64,000 nucleotides of DNA from Bdellovibrionota bacterium (GCA_965207455.1 CBDBMJ010000001.1:1056001-1120000); one strand, 5' to 3'. Positions 38,100 through 47,346 are shown, counted from the stretch's first letter. Numbers and translations are program-made. Notes: generated by a model from the sequence alone, not told the origin.

Positions 38100-38879
38100 G
38101 TGGAAAGTACGGATTCAGATCGGAAGAAATCCCCCAGCACCCAATGGTTCATTGTCAATAATGAGACTCTCATAGGTCCCCTGGAGGAAAGTGAGCTCGT
38201 TCAGCTAGCCCAGAAAGGGGAGATAAGCCCCGTCTCCTTTGCCTGGAGGAAGAGCCTGGAAAAATGGACCCCCCTGTATGAAATCCAGGAGTTTCAATCC
38301 CTCCTACCCTCCAAGCCCTCCCCTGCACTCCTAGAGGAAGCAAAAAAGAGATCCATAAAACCCCCTAAAAAAACAAACATAAGAAAAAGAGAGTGGTTTG
38401 TATACACGGATCACACCCAATATGGTCCCTTCTCAGAGGATGAACTAGCCCTCGTGAATGGAATCAGTGCCAAGTCCTTTGTTTGGAAGAGTGGTATGAA
38501 AAACTGGGAAAGTATTCAAGATATCCCCAGCCTAATATTAAACTTTGCAAACTCGTCTGAAATCTCAGAATCCAATGAAAAACGAAATATGCCAAGACAT
38601 CCCTTTCATGCAAAAATTCTATTTATCAATAATACGGAGACTGGCTGGGGACTTTGCCGAGATATTAGCATCGGTGGCGTCCAACTCCTCATAGACAATC
38701 CTCTCGTAAGTGTGGGAGATAAATTAAAATTAAATATCAGCGCAGAAGGCTATATTCCTGCTTTTACTTGCTCAGGAGAAGTTGTGCGTATGCTAGAGAA
38801 CCATAGAGGATTTAGCTTTCGTTTTGAAGGACTTCCAGAAACTGCTCAAAAGGCTATTGAGAAATACAATTCCAAATGA
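38100..38879 (+). CDS. Tandem GYF_2 (DUF4339) domains plus PilZ domain
   Basis: Two WF...GP....L...W..(G)...W units, then RNMPR and DISIGG PilZ motifs. Confidence 0.82.
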   Translation: MESTDSDRKKSPSTQWFIVNNETLIGPLEESELVQLAQKGEISPVSFAWRKSLEKWTPLYEIQEFQSLLPSKPSPALLEEAKKRSIKPPKKTNIRKREWFVYTDHTQYGPFSEDELALVNGISAKSFVWKSGMKNWESIQDIPSLILNFANSSEISESNEKRNMPRHPFHAKILFINNTETGWGLCRDISIGGVQLLIDNPLVSVGDKLKLNISAEGYIPAFTCSGEVVRMLENHRGFSFRFEGLPETAQKAIEKYNSK

Positions 38880-39724
38880 TTTTTACTTCAAGTGATAAAA
38901 CAAATATTCATTACAACAGTTTCTGCAAAGAAAATAATAAAGCTAGCCTACTTGTTTTGCACGGTTTGGGGGAACACCCTGGACGATATGAGGAATTTAG
39001 AAAAAAAGCAGAACAAGAAAATCTAGATATACATTTAATGTCTCTTAGGGGTCACGGTTGTTCCGAAGGCACTAGGGGGCATGTGGATAATTTTTCCCAA
39101 TACCATGAAGATATTTCCGCATGGTATTCCTGTTTAAAGGAACAAGGACACCTGAGATCTCCTATTTTTCTTTTTGGTCATAGCTTGGGAGGATTGATTT
39201 TTTTAGACTATATCCTCCACAGTAGACAGCCCCTAACATATAACGTTTCTGGGATAGCCCTATCTTCTCCTGCACTAGGAATAAACACACCACTCAAGGT
39301 AATTAAGCCCTTCTTAGATACGGGAGCCTTTGGATTTTTAGAGCGTCTACAGTTTCCCAATTCCATAAAGCCAAAATATCTAAGCCATGATAAAAAATAT
39401 CTACGCAACTATAAGGAAGATCCTCTTATACATAACAAAATAACATTAGCGTTGTTTCGCCATCTCTTGGGTGCTATTCACAAGGTATGGAAAACAAAAT
39501 CTAAAATTAATGTGCCCATATTATTTTTTATAGCCGGGGAAGATAAAATTGTGGACTCGCAAGCAATTTTATCTTTTGCAAAATCTTCTGTAGTAGAGAA
39601 TAAAAAAATAGAAAAATTACCAGGATTTTATCACGAAGTGTTTCAGGAAAAAGGAAAAGCAAAGGTCTACAGCACTTTCTTTAAATGGATAAACCAATGT
39701 CTGAAGAAAAAAGAAAAAAACTAA
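38876..39724 (+). CDS. Alpha/beta hydrolase (lysophospholipase family)
   Basis: HGLGEH, RGHG.S, GHSLGG, GEDKIV, HE. Confidence 0.9.
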   Translation: MIFTSSDKTNIHYNSFCKENNKASLLVLHGLGEHPGRYEEFRKKAEQENLDIHLMSLRGHGCSEGTRGHVDNFSQYHEDISAWYSCLKEQGHLRSPIFLFGHSLGGLIFLDYILHSRQPLTYNVSGIALSSPALGINTPLKVIKPFLDTGAFGFLERLQFPNSIKPKYLSHDKKYLRNYKEDPLIHNKITLALFRHLLGAIHKVWKTKSKINVPILFFIAGEDKIVDSQAILSFAKSSVVENKKIEKLPGFYHEVFQEKGKAKVYSTFFKWINQCLKKKEKN

Positions 39725-40263
39725 TCAAGCTCGCCCACAAATTAAGCTACAAAGAGGGAAACTTCACTCTTGCTTCGGGAAAGAAAAGTCGCTTTTATTT
39801 AGACTTAAAGGAGTTAACTCTATCCCAGGAAGGCCTCCAACTCATCGGTGAACTGGCTTGTGAAAAAATGGAGCAACACTGGTCTCATATTCATGCTGTG
39901 GGAGGAATGACTCTAGGAGCGGACCCCTTAGCTGTAGCGATTATACTGGAAGCCGCAAAACACAAACAAAAACTAGCTGCATTTATTATCCGAAAAGCAG
40001 AAAAAGATCATGGCATCTCCCGACCCATGGAGGGAACCCAAAGATTTCCCAAAGGAGCTAAGGTGCTGGTACTGGAGGATGTGACCACCACAGGAGGATC
40101 CGCACTCCAAGCGATTCGTATACTCCAGAACGGTGGCTTTCAAGTGGAGGGGCTCCTTACCGTTGTTGACCGTGAGGAAGGGGCAAGGAACCTTTTTGAT
40201 AAAGAAAAAATTCCTTTCCACTCTTTATGTACACTGGAAGAAGTTAGAACTAGCAATAAATAA
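39697..40263 (+). CDS. pyrE: Orotate phosphoribosyltransferase
   Basis: FTLASGKKSRFYLD, IIRK, LEDVTTTGGS, VDREEG. Confidence 0.94.
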   Translation: MSEEKRKKLIKLAHKLSYKEGNFTLASGKKSRFYLDLKELTLSQEGLQLIGELACEKMEQHWSHIHAVGGMTLGADPLAVAIILEAAKHKQKLAAFIIRKAEKDHGISRPMEGTQRFPKGAKVLVLEDVTTTGGSALQAIRILQNGGFQVEGLLTVVDREEGARNLFDKEKIPFHSLCTLEEVRTSNK

Positions 40264-40430
40264 AATTATTCCAGAAAAAATAAATATATTTAAAGACTCG
40301 CTTTCTTATTTTTTCATATTTTACCTTTCTTATTTAATTTTAAACTAAACATATTTTATATTTATCCGAATTGTTTTCTATGCGTATTAAATGAATTCAT
40401 TTAATATTCTTTAACAAAGGAGAACTGTAA

Positions 40431-43400
40431 ATGTATTTATTCAAAACATTTTTTTTAAAACGAAATATATATATTCTAATAGCGTTATCTGCTATCACCA
40501 CACTCAGTAGATGTGGTGGACAGAATAACGACTTCACAATAGTAAAAAGACCGATTTTAGTATTAGTAAATCCTGCTTTTTCCAATAACACTACTCCCAC
40601 ATTTACACTGAAAAACTTAGAACCTGGAGGTAAAATTGCATTATATTCTGACGAATCCTGTTCCATAGCAGTACAAATCGACATTAAAGTAACAGGAAGA
40701 ACCATGAACCTCACACTCTCTCCTGCTTTGATCAATGACGGTACCTATACTTACTCTATAAAGCAAACAAATCAAGCCAACAACAGTTCAGAGTGCTCTA
40801 ACGTTGTGATCTATACATTGGACACACAAGTGCCCAGCTCACCTACTTTCTTAGAATCCGGAACACCTATTTTTTCTCAAGAATCTCGTCCTACTTTTTC
40901 AATAACAAATCTTGAAAATGGAACTATACTTCAGTTCTATTCTGATTCAACCTGCTCCCCTAGTTCAGAGCTACTAATAAGTAGAAATGCTACAGATATT
41001 AGTCTCGAAGCAGATTTAACTAGCGATGGAATGTATTCCTTTTATGCAAAGCAAACAGATCAGGCAGGAAATATTTCAACCTGCTCTAGTAATGCTATAA
41101 GCTATACATTGGATAGGCAGGCTCCCAGTGCGCCCACTTTCTTAGCATCCGGAACACCTATCTTTTCTCAAGAACCCCGCCCCACTTTTGCAATGATGGA
41201 TCTTGAAGATGGATCGATAGTTCAGCTATATTCCAATTCAAGCTGCTCCCTTACCTCAGAGATAGAAATAAGCAGAAATAGCGCAAATATAATACTCACC
41301 TCGGATTTAAGCAGTGCCCCAACCTATTCTTTTTATGCAAAACAAACAGATCAAGCAGGAAATGTTTCAACCTGCTCCACTGATACCATAATGTATACAT
41401 TGGACACACAGTTGCCTATCGCACCTAGCTTCTCCGCATCCGGAACAGTTATTTTTTCCAAAAATCCTCAACCCACTTTTGCACTAACAGATCTAGAGGA
41501 CGGAAGCACGGTTCAGCTCTATTCTAATTTAACCTGCTCTTCTAGCTCAGAGATATCCATAAGCCAAAGTGGATCAGATATAACACTAGATATAGGTAGC
41601 GACGCAACCTATTCTCTCTATGCAAAGCAAACAGATAAATCAGGAAATGTTTCAGCCTGCTCCACCAGTACCGTAACATATACATTGGATAGACAAGCGC
41701 CCACTGCGCCTATTTTTGCTGAAACATCTGTTTTTTCTCAAAATCCTCAACCCACTCTTGCAATGACAAATCTTGAAGATGGTGCCACGACTAATCTCTA
41801 TTTTAGATCAGGCTGCTCTTCTAGCTCAATAGTAGCGGCAAGCAGATCTGGCACAAATATAGTAGTCATTTCAAGTTTAGGTGCCGATGCAGCCTATTCC
41901 TTCTATGCAAATCAAACGGATCAGGCAGGAAATGTTTCAACCTGCTCCAGCACTCCCATAAATTACACATTGGATAGCCAAGCACCCACTGCACCTAGCT
42001 TTACCGAAACATCTGTTTTTTCCCAAAATCCTCAACCCACTTTTGCAATGACAGATCTAGAGGACGGAAGCACAGTTACACTCTATTCTGATTCAACCTG
42101 CTCTTCCAGCTCAGAACGATCCGTAAGCAGATCTGCCGAAAATATAACACTCACCACAGATATAGGTAGCGATGGATCCTATTCCCTCTATGCAAAACAA
42201 ACAGATAAATCAGGAAATGTTTCAACCTGCTCCACCAGTACCGTAACATATACATTGGACACACAGTTGCCTAGCGCACCTAGCTTCTCCACATCCGGAG
42301 TACCTGTTTTTTCCCAAAATCCTCAACCCACTTTTGCAATGACAGATCTAGAAGATGGAAGCACAGTTACACTCTATTCTGATTCAACCTGCTCTTCCAG
42401 CTCAGAACTATCCACAAGCAGAAGCGGCACAAATATAACACTCACCACAGATATAGGTAGCGATAGATCTTATTCCCTCTATGCAAAACAAATGGATCAA
42501 GCAGGAAATGTTTCAACCTGCTCCACTGATACCCTAACATATACATTGGATAGACAAACGCCCACTGCGCCTAGCTTTACCGAAACATCTGTTTTTTCTC
42601 AAAATCCTCAACCCACTTTTGCAATGACAGATCTAGAAGATGGAAGCACAGTTACACTCTATTCTGATTCAGCTTGTTCTTCCAACACAGAACTATCCGT
42701 AAGCAGATCTACCGAAAATATAACACTCACCACAGATATAGGTAGCGATGGAGCCTATTCTCTCTATGCAAAACAAATGGATCAAGCAGGAAATATTTCA
42801 GCCTGCTCCACTGATACCCTAACATATACATTGGATAGACAATCTCCCATTGCGCCTAGCTTTACCGAAACATCTGTTTTTTCTCAAGAACTTCGCCCCA
42901 CTTTTGCAATGACAGATCTAGAGAGCGGAAGCACAGTTACACTCTATTCTGATTCAGCTTGTTCTTCCAACACAGAACTATCCGTAAGCAGAAGCGGCAC
43001 AAATATAACACTCACCACAGATATAGGTAGCGATGGAGCCTATTCCCTCTATGCAAAACAAATGGATCAAGCAGGAAATGTTTCAACCTGCTCCACTGAT
43101 ACCCTAACATATACATTGGATAGACAAACGCCCACTGCGCCTAGTTTTACCGAAACATCTGTTTTTTCTCAAGAACTTCGCCCCACTTTTGCAATGACAG
43201 ATCTAGAGGACGGAAGCACAGTTCAGCTCTATTCTAATTCAGCCTGCTCTTCCAGCTCAGAACTATCCATAAGCAGAAGCGGCACAAATATAACACTCAC
43301 CACAGATATAGGTAGCGACGCAACCTATTCTCTCTATGCAAAACAAACGGATCAAGCAGGAAATGTTTCAACCTGCTCCACTAATACCCTAACATATACA

Positions 43401-44783
43401 TTGGATAGACAAGCGCCCACTCCGCCTAGCTTTACCGAAACATCTGTTTTTTCTCAAAATCCTCAACCCACTTTTGCAATGACAGATCTAGAGGACGGAA
43501 GCACGGTTCAGATCTATTCTGATTCAACCTGCTCTTCCAGCTCAGAACTATCCGTAAGCAGATCTACCGAAAATATAACACTCACCACAGATATAGGTAG
43601 CGACGCAACCTATTCTCTCTATGCAAAGCAAACGGATCAAGCAGGAAATGTTTCAATCTGCTCCACTAGTACCGTAACATATACATTGGATAGACAAGCA
43701 CCCAACACTCCCATTTTAAGCTTAGTAACACCCAGTACTTCCTTTCATACTAATCCCACTTTTAATCTCACCGGTTTAGAAGTTGGAAGTACGATTGCCT
43801 TATATTCCAATGAAAATTGTTCCAGCTCTGAACAGCAAATGAACATAACAAGCTCTGACATGGATATAACCTTATCTTCAGCTTTGACCACTGATGCCAG
43901 TTACTCTTTTTCTGCAAAACAAACGGATCAAGCAGGAAACGCATCGAATTGCTCCACCAATACAGTGAGCTATGAATTAGACACTACACTTTTTGTATCT
44001 CTTTGGCGTGTTGGAGTGTCGGGATATGGAGATGAAGACATGAGTGTTACCCTTCCCCTAAGTTTTGGCTTTACATATGATTTCACCGTTGATTGGGGTG
44101 ATAATCAAGCTGCCACAGTTGACGCTTATGATAGTGTCAATATAACTCATAATTATACAAATGCCGGGGATTATATAATTACCATCAAAGGAACTGTAGA
44201 GGCCTGGTATTTTAATAATTCTGGAGATAAAAATAAAATTATTGAAGTGCAAAATTTTGGAAAAGTAGCTTGGTTAAACCTTAAAAATGCTTTTCATACT
44301 TGTGAAAAACTCGAAAAATTTATTGCTGGAAGTACAGATACCTCTCAAGTAACAACTATGGCTTCAATGTTTACTAATTCCAGTAGTTTAACTGAACTTG
44401 ATTTATCTAGTTTTAATACCCTTAGTACAACAAATATGAGCAACATGTTTTATAATGCTTCAAGTTTAACCTCACTTGATTTATCTAATTTTAATACCAT
44501 TAATACAACAAATATGAGCTACATGTTTTATAATGCTTCAGGTTTAACCTCACTTGATTTATCCAGATGGACTGTCTCTAATGTAAACAATATAAACAAT
44601 ATGTTTCTCGATACTTCAAGTTTGGCATCAATTAATCTAGCTGGCTGGCAACTTGATTCTGTGCCCTTTACTACTGATCCAAGTAAAGGTGAAGCAGCCC
44701 TACCAGCGGATGAGGACCTTACTCTCACTTGCAGTACTGGCGAGACAACATTTCTTGATAGAACGTGTGATGAAAATCAATAG
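40431..44783 (+). CDS. Surface protein: 12 bacterial Ig-like repeats, PKD-like domain and DUF285/BspA-type repeats
   Basis: About 95-aa units (PTF...YAKQTDQAGNVSTCS...YTLD), FTVDWGD..THNY, then TTNMSNMFYNASSLTSLDLS repeats. Lipoprotein-like signal (LSRC). Confidence 0.85.
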   Translation: MYLFKTFFLKRNIYILIALSAITTLSRCGGQNNDFTIVKRPILVLVNPAFSNNTTPTFTLKNLEPGGKIALYSDESCSIAVQIDIKVTGRTMNLTLSPALINDGTYTYSIKQTNQANNSSECSNVVIYTLDTQVPSSPTFLESGTPIFSQESRPTFSITNLENGTILQFYSDSTCSPSSELLISRNATDISLEADLTSDGMYSFYAKQTDQAGNISTCSSNAISYTLDRQAPSAPTFLASGTPIFSQEPRPTFAMMDLEDGSIVQLYSNSSCSLTSEIEISRNSANIILTSDLSSAPTYSFYAKQTDQAGNVSTCSTDTIMYTLDTQLPIAPSFSASGTVIFSKNPQPTFALTDLEDGSTVQLYSNLTCSSSSEISISQSGSDITLDIGSDATYSLYAKQTDKSGNVSACSTSTVTYTLDRQAPTAPIFAETSVFSQNPQPTLAMTNLEDGATTNLYFRSGCSSSSIVAASRSGTNIVVISSLGADAAYSFYANQTDQAGNVSTCSSTPINYTLDSQAPTAPSFTETSVFSQNPQPTFAMTDLEDGSTVTLYSDSTCSSSSERSVSRSAENITLTTDIGSDGSYSLYAKQTDKSGNVSTCSTSTVTYTLDTQLPSAPSFSTSGVPVFSQNPQPTFAMTDLEDGSTVTLYSDSTCSSSSELSTSRSGTNITLTTDIGSDRSYSLYAKQMDQAGNVSTCSTDTLTYTLDRQTPTAPSFTETSVFSQNPQPTFAMTDLEDGSTVTLYSDSACSSNTELSVSRSTENITLTTDIGSDGAYSLYAKQMDQAGNISACSTDTLTYTLDRQSPIAPSFTETSVFSQELRPTFAMTDLESGSTVTLYSDSACSSNTELSVSRSGTNITLTTDIGSDGAYSLYAKQMDQAGNVSTCSTDTLTYTLDRQTPTAPSFTETSVFSQELRPTFAMTDLEDGSTVQLYSNSACSSSSELSISRSGTNITLTTDIGSDATYSLYAKQTDQAGNVSTCSTNTLTYTLDRQAPTPPSFTETSVFSQNPQPTFAMTDLEDGSTVQIYSDSTCSSSSELSVSRSTENITLTTDIGSDATYSLYAKQTDQAGNVSICSTSTVTYTLDRQAPNTPILSLVTPSTSFHTNPTFNLTGLEVGSTIALYSNENCSSSEQQMNITSSDMDITLSSALTTDASYSFSAKQTDQAGNASNCSTNTVSYELDTTLFVSLWRVGVSGYGDEDMSVTLPLSFGFTYDFTVDWGDNQAATVDAYDSVNITHNYTNAGDYIITIKGTVEAWYFNNSGDKNKIIEVQNFGKVAWLNLKNAFHTCEKLEKFIAGSTDTSQVTTMASMFTNSSSLTELDLSSFNTLSTTNMSNMFYNASSLTSLDLSNFNTINTTNMSYMFYNASGLTSLDLSRWTVSNVNNINNMFLDTSSLASINLAGWQLDSVPFTTDPSKGEAALPADEDLTLTCSTGETTFLDRTCDENQ
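40590..43985 (+). repeat. Coding tandem repeat array, ~285-bp units
   Basis: Recurring TATGCAAAACAAA(C/T)GGATCAAGCAGGAAATGTTTCAACCTGCTCCAC block. Central units are near-identical. Confidence 0.9.
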
Positions 44784-44992
44784 CCTCTAATCTGTGATCA
44801 TACCTTGTATTCCAGTGGCTCGAAGTACTGTCAGCTAAAGAGCACAGGTGTGACTATTTTCTACGCAGTTTGAGCGACATTGTGAGAGGTGGAGAGTTTT
44901 AATGAGTTTTAAGAGACTGGGCAAAAGGTAGATATCCCCTTGCCTATCTCAAGCATGAGATAAGCACGCATAAATAGATATTTTAGAAACAA

Positions 44993-45023
44993 AAAAGCCC
45001 CCTTTTTTTGAAAGGAGGCTTTT
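44993..45023. terminator. Probable bidirectional intrinsic terminator
   Basis: AAAAGCCCCCTTT-TTTG-AAAGGAGGCTTTT hairpin between convergent genes. Confidence 0.65.
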
Positions 45024-45061
45024 ATATTAGGGAGATAAATTTGTGATAAATTATGGCTTAA

Positions 45062-45634
45062 TTATCTAGCTCTGTTTTGTCTACTAGGTCTCTTAGTAGA
45101 TATCCCAAGCTGAGTAGTTTTTTCATTTTCTTCATTAAAAGAGTTTCTATACTTTTTAGGCAGAAACTCGTATCGTTTCTGCGAGGCCCAGACCTTGTTG
45201 AAACAGGCTGATTTATCAAAAGAAGCATCATTCTTAAAATCATCAATAACATAAACCATCTTTATAACTCCAATTGTTTCAATTATAACGAAGCCTAGAC
45301 TAGTAACAAAGAAAGCAGTAGTATTTAAACCAGGAATAAGAGCAATAACAACAATTGTTGCCAACCCCGCTCCTGTCCGGACTAAAAGATTTGCATCCAC
45401 TATATCTTTAACAATTTTTCTCCAATAATCCTGCTCTCCACCACATTGTGTTGCCAGATCATCAGATAATCTTATAATGAATGCTTCGTTCACAGATCCT
45501 GAGTTTGAAATAGACTCTCTCCCTCTGGAATCTCCGGTAAATCCAAATCCAATAGAGTATCCTGTTACTGGTAATGTTATAGCAAGCACCATTGTGATCA
45601 CTGTTGTTATATTTTTATTTCTTCGATTTTTCAT
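45062..45634 (-). CDS. Exported/membrane hypothetical protein (paralog of 46547-46981)
   Basis: Signal-like N-terminus, FGFTGDSRG, CGGE..YW and two hydrophobic segments. Confidence 0.75.
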   Translation of the reverse strand: MKNRRNKNITTVITMVLAITLPVTGYSIGFGFTGDSRGRESISNSGSVNEAFIIRLSDDLATQCGGEQDYWRKIVKDIVDANLLVRTGAGLATIVVIALIPGLNTTAFFVTSLGFVIIETIGVIKMVYVIDDFKNDASFDKSACFNKVWASQKRYEFLPKKYRNSFNEENEKTTQLGISTKRPSRQNRAR

Positions 45635-45692
45635 AATTACTGTTCTTTCTAAGTTTTAATTTAAGTTTAATTATCATACCTGTATTTGTTAA

Positions 45693-45709
45693 TGCAAGGG
45701 ACGTGCCAA
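45693..45709 (-). promoter_or_regulatory. Sigma54 (-24/-12) promoter
   Basis: Minus strand TTGGCACGTCCCTTGCA matches the TGGCACG-N4-TTGCW consensus, about 60 nt upstream of ATG 45634. Confidence 0.75.
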
Positions 45710-45939
45710 AATACGCCAAAAGAGATATTTTTCTGAAAAATTCTTTATTTTCAGACGTTTACATTTTTAGCCTCGGACCTGCACGTACAAGGATTATAGA
45801 AAAGGAAGCTCTTAGATTGACTAAAAATCAAACAGTTGTCGAAAATATTTGCAGTCGTTTCCATGAATTTCTGTGCTGAATCGGCTGGAAAGGGGGGGAG
45901 TTTAGTGCTTCTGCCTACGCCCCTTAGGGGGAAGAGGTA

Positions 45940-46425
45940 TCAGCAACTAGATTGCGAAGCTTTCTTTTTATCGAGCTGGGAAAGTTCATATCAACAGGCA
46001 AATACTCTAGCCACTCTTCCATACTTGCATGCATGATTAGGGCACAGGGATAGCCCACCTCTTCCATAATTTGCGAATATAGGGCTTAAGGAGTCCTCTG
46101 GGGTACTGGAATCTCCTCCCAGAGCCCCGTCCCCTTACGATGCTCTCTGGGCCCTTTTGCAGCCGTCTGATGATCTGCTTACGATTTAGCGGACACACCT
46201 TCACGGCCTCATCCAGTATTCTCGTTTTTTCTCTCTTAAGGCTATTGCGGTAAAGCTCCGCTATTGCTAGTAAATATTGTGTTACGGCTTGTTTGTTCAT
46301 AATGTACCTCCTTGGTATGTTAATTTCACAGTTATATTTTCCCTGGAATTGCGTTGTGAGTCAACCGAGCCGTAACTCACTGTTCTCAAAGCCATTTTGG
46401 TGACGTTTTTTGTGAGTCAATTCGG
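45940..46425 (-). mobile_element. Truncated, frameshifted IS (ISNCY/ISLbi1-like integrase-core transposase N-terminus plus one end)
   Basis: MNKQ...YRNSLKREKTRILDE...NRKQIIRRL, continuing after a frameshift near 46063 as EVGYPCALIMHASMEEWLEYL. End repeats TGTGAGTCAA at 46355 and 46411. SD AAGGAGG. Confidence 0.7.
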
Positions 46426-46452
46426 TTTTTTGAGAAAAAAATCAAAACGTAC

Positions 46453-46486
46453 TTGACTAATGCAGTGCATTATGTCATAATGCACT
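46453..46486 (+). promoter_or_regulatory. Sigma70 promoter overlapped by a perfect palindrome (operator candidate)
   Basis: TTGACT-17-CATAAT with extended TG. AGTGCATTATG-T-CATAATGCACT at 46464-46486. Confidence 0.7.
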
Positions 46487-46546
46487 TACCAAACTAATGC
46501 GTTGCGCTGTTTTGGTAAATGTTAACAATAAAAAAGGAGAAATAGA

Positions 46547-46981
46547 ATGAAGAAACAAAATAATATAACAAGAATAATAACAATGGTGCTTGCTGTCGGG
46601 TTTTTACCGACAGTTGGGCATTCTAATGAGCCAGAATTCGGCTTTACTGGAGATTCTAGAGGGGCAGAGTTTATGAGGGAGAGGTACCCTGCAGAGCTAC
46701 TGGACGAATTGGTAGCAGAGTGTGGTGGAGAGCCGGAAGTTTGGAAAGAATACTTCAGACTACGTGACACTTCAATGGCTATAATGGGTATGGGGGTAGT
46801 CGTATTTGTCCCATCATTTCTTACTCTTTTAAATACAAGTACTGCTGCTACTGTTAATCTTGCCGGTTCTAGCTCTCTAGCTTCAGTTGTAACAGCTGCA
46901 GGGGGATTTCTGGGTGCTGCATTTTATAAGCCTCTCAGTTCGTCGCAATTAGAGTGTGCTGAAGAAAGTGACGTATGGTAA
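46547..46981 (+). CDS. Exported/membrane hypothetical protein (paralog of 45062-45634)
   Basis: SD AAGGAG, signal-like N-terminus, FGFTGDSRG, CGGE..VW and two hydrophobic segments. Confidence 0.75.
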   Translation: MKKQNNITRIITMVLAVGFLPTVGHSNEPEFGFTGDSRGAEFMRERYPAELLDELVAECGGEPEVWKEYFRLRDTSMAIMGMGVVVFVPSFLTLLNTSTAATVNLAGSSSLASVVTAAGGFLGAAFYKPLSSSQLECAEESDVW

Positions 46982-47036
46982 TAACAATAAAAAAACGAGT
47001 AAATGCAATAACTGATTAATAAGTTATTTCGAATAT

Positions 47037-47069
47037 AAAAGCTCTCTTTAAAAAAGTGGGCTTTTTTTT
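47037..47069 (+). terminator. Probable intrinsic terminator
   Basis: AAAAGCTCTCTTT-AAA-AAAGTGGGCTTTTTTTT. Confidence 0.55.
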
Positions 47070-47346
47070 CGCCTAAAACAGCTCCTGCACTGGGCTTTCC
47101 GCAGCATAAAAAAAGTGATGAAACCTAAAACACCCAAGAAACGTCCGACTATTCCAGTCGTATGATTTTGTTTCAAAATGATCAGGCGAATAATACAAAA
47201 TGATCAAGCTGCCCTTATTTGCCCTGATTTTACCTGTTTTCAGGTTAGAATACAAAAACATATTTTATTTGACTTATTTTTTTAACCTCCTGTTTTTATT
47301 GTGTTTATTTAATTATATTCTTTTTTATAGATGATGCGCAATGCGT

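Noticed and set aside
40590..43985. Repeat array as CRISPR
   Set aside because: Units are ~285 bp, in-frame and coding, with no unique spacers and no cas genes.
44784..44990. Unexplained intergenic stretch after the Ig-repeat gene, considered as ncRNA or IS scar
   Set aside because: No recognisable RNA motif, ORF or terminal repeat.
46399..46405. GGTGACG as an att duplication of the tRNA-Cys end
   Set aside because: Only 7 bp and lies within the IS end, so it is expected by chance.
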